A stretch of DNA of 64,000 bases, taken from Mobula hypostoma. Taxonomy: Eukaryota. This document shows, in pieces, positions 61,370 through 64,000 of this stretch. The stretch lies in the NCBI RefSeq assembly GCF_963921235.1, contig NW_026948187.1, positions 6,634,001-6,698,000 of the forward strand. The letters run 5' to 3'. The notes beneath the pieces are model-generated. The model searched no databases. It was not told the DNA's origin and saw only the letters and a list, made by a program, of their open reading frames with translations. Position 1 is the first letter of the stretch, and every line of letters starts with the position of its first letter. Position numbers and translations under genes: made by a program.

Positions 61370-62117
61370 CGCCATCAGTAGTAGCGCAGAAATAGGTCGC
61401 CACGTCCGCGGCCTTCACGCTCTCTACCTGGAGGGTAGACTCCTTATTCTCCTTTGCCCTGGTGATGACGAACCCGCTCTTGAAGCCCTCCTCCAGCCGG
61501 GCCTCGCTGCTGAGATAGACGGACCCGATCAACGCCAGCCCGCCGGTGGACGGCTGGCGGTACCAGAGCATGTTCTCACGGAGCTGTCCCTTCTGAAGGC
61601 ACTTCATCTCGGCCGTCGCCCCCAGGCGGACGCTGAGAGATCCCGGCCACTGGTCGATCTCATCGGCCCGGCAGACACCTGCATAGATAGAAGGGATAGG
61701 GGTTGGGAAAAAAACGTGATGGACGGCGATGGGTAGCGCTGCATACACTAACTACGCGCAAAAGGATTCATTTGGACACTCGCTCGGAGGCGAAGCGGTT
61801 CGCCTCACGGTATTAAAACGCCGGCAATCCGAGTTCAGTTCCCGCTTCTGACCGTGAGGAATTAGTCCGCGTGGGTTTCGTCCGGGCGGCCCCACATTCA
61901 GAAGACTGCCGGGTTATTGGGTTAATTAGTCGTTTTGGAGATGTCATCGGGCAGTTTGGGACGCACCGCAGCTCAACGAGAAGTGAGAGTCGGAACCTGA
62001 AACGAGTTTTGGACACTTTGAGAGGTCGAAGCGCGGAACCGGAGAGCGAAGAGCGCGTCCTCACGTACACAGAGCCAGAGAGAAGATCGCGGCAGAGAGG
62101 CAGCGCGCAGGCATCAT
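61370..62117 (-). CDS. TRBV: TRB variable gene V7 (leader exon 62117-62069, V exon 61678-61370); protein identical to V4 and V5
   Basis: Intact splice sites, V domain and RSS. Confidence 0.92.
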
Positions 62118-64000
62118 TGCTGCCGGGCCGAGGCGGGTTCTAGTCCTTCAGTTCGCTCGGCGGACTGAAAGGAAGGCGGGCGACATCGGAAGCCGAGGGC
62201 GGGTCGCGGGTTATCACCCCGCCCCTCCCTTTCCGAACCAGGGGGGTGGGGAGACACTCGTCGTGGTGCAGTCGAGCGGCCGCTACCGGGAATGAAGGGA
62301 GCTTTTTCTCACTGGCTGCCAATGAGTACTGGTGTTCCACAGGGATCCGGGTTCGGACCAGTTACTTGTACATTATATGTCAGTGATTTGGATAGTGGAG
62401 TTGATGGCTTTGTTGTAAAGTTTGCAGGCAACACCAAGGCAGGTGGAGGGGCAGGAAGGGTTAATGAGATAGGAGCAGAAGGACGAGGCAGATTCGGAAA
62501 ATGGGCGTGGAAGTTACAGATTGAATACAGTGTCGGGAAGTGTACGGTCCTGCACTTTGGCAGACGATATGAAAGCGTTGCCTGTTTTCGAAATAGAGAG
62601 AAAATAGAAATATACATTGAGGCGCATCGAGATTTGGGATTCCCTAAAGGGTACTTTCCAGACCTCACCTGGAGTGTTATGGGCAGTTCTGGGCCTTTTA
62701 TCTTAGAAAGTTCGTGCTGAAACTGGGGAGAGTTCAGAGGAGGTTCACGGAAATGATTGCGGAATTCAAAGGCCTGTCATATGAAGAGTGTTTGATGGCT
62801 CTGGGCCTGTATGCACTGGAATTCGGAAGAGGGAGCGGTGATCTGATTGAAGGACCTTGATAGAGTGGACGTGGAGAAGATGTTACCTATGGTGGGAGAG
62901 TATGATAGAGTATAGGGTGCACCACAACCTGGTATGGAAGTTATCCTGCCCAAGACCGGAAGAAGCGTCAGAAGATCGTGAACACAGCGCAGCACATCAC
63001 ACAAACCAATCTTCCATCATTGGACTCAGTTTACACCGCACGCTGTCGGAGCAGTGCTGCCAGGATAATCAAGGACACGACCCACTTAGCCAACACACTT
63101 TTCATCCATCTTCCCTCCGGGAGAAGGCTCAGGAGCTTGAAGACTCGTACGGCCAGATTTGGGAACAGCTTCTTTCCAACTGTGATAAGACTGCTGAACG
63201 GATCCTGACCCGGATCTGGGCCGTACCCTCCAAATATCCGGACCTGCCTCTCGGTTTTTTTGCACGACCTTACTTTCCATTTTTCCATTTTCTATTTATG
63301 ATTTATAATTGAAAATTTTCATATTTACTAATTTTTACAATTTTTAATATTTAAGATCTGTAATCCAGGTGGTGGGAAGCGCAGAATCATATATTGCTGT
63401 GGTGATTGTACGTTCTAGTATCAATTCTTCGGGGACGATAAAGTATAAAGTATAAGTATAAGACAGAGGGCACAAACACAGAATGGAGGGGCGTCCTTTC
63501 AGAAAGGAGATGGGGAGGAATTTCTTTAGATAGAGAGTGGTGAGTTGGTGGACTTGTTTGTCACACGCAGATGAACATCTAAGGCAGATGTTGATAGATA
63601 CTTGATTGGTCAGAGGATCAAGGGATACGGTGAGAAGGCTGAAGATTGGGGGTGAGATGGAAAATGGATGTTGAAATAGCGCTGCAGAATCGATGGGCCA
63701 GTGGCCTAATTCTGCTCCTGGACCTTACCGATTTATGGTCGGACACAGTGCCTGCGAAAATTACGCACCCCTCCTTGAAAGTTTTCATGTTTATTTGTTT
63801 TACAACATTGAGTCGCTGTGGATGTAATTTGGATTATTTTGACACTGTACGACAGGAAATGATCGCTACAAAGTGATCTAAATTAATTACAAACATGAAA
63901 CAAAAAATAATTGATTGACCAAGTTTTTACCCCCTTCGAGTCAGTACGCAGTAGATGCCCCTTTGTCAGTAATTCCAGACTTGAGTCTGTGTTCATGGGT

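Larger units (their letters stand above)
41722..64000. repeat. Tandem segmental duplication, unit ~4985-4990 bp, about 4.5 units, running off the window end
   Basis: V-exon 3' ends at 41422, 46407, 51393, 56380 and 61370; every intervening TE fragment and microsatellite repeats. Confidence 0.95.

Overview
Vertebrate genomic DNA, most likely from a cartilaginous fish; the repeat content (CR1, Rex1/Babar, Penelope-like, Tc1, tRNA-SINE) suggests a ray, which is inference. The window holds the D-proximal end of a T-cell receptor beta (TRB) locus on the minus strand. It has one D segment (GGGACAGGGGGGGA, 1677-1690, with a 5' 12-RSS and a 3' 23-RSS) and seven intact leader+V genes with 23-RSSs. Five of those V genes lie in a young ~4.99-kb tandem array (~41.7 kb to the window end). 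There is also a frameshifted V pseudogene ending in CASS (15.6-15.9 kb) and an orphan promoter/leader inside an old inverted duplication (25.4-26.7 kb). No J, C or trypsinogen sequence was found. The most interesting unexplained structure is a patterned set of CTCF-like motifs: three forward motifs between D and the first V, reverse motifs about 1.4 kb 3' of V3-V7, and a divergent pair in the palindrome. This resembles the loop-extrusion control elements of mammalian antigen-receptor loci. The rest is transposon debris, including a Gmr1-type Gypsy element with INT-RT-RH order, LINE-derived minisatellites, simple repeats and two assembly gaps. Gene-segment, RSS and motif coordinates were counted by hand; TE boundaries are approximate.
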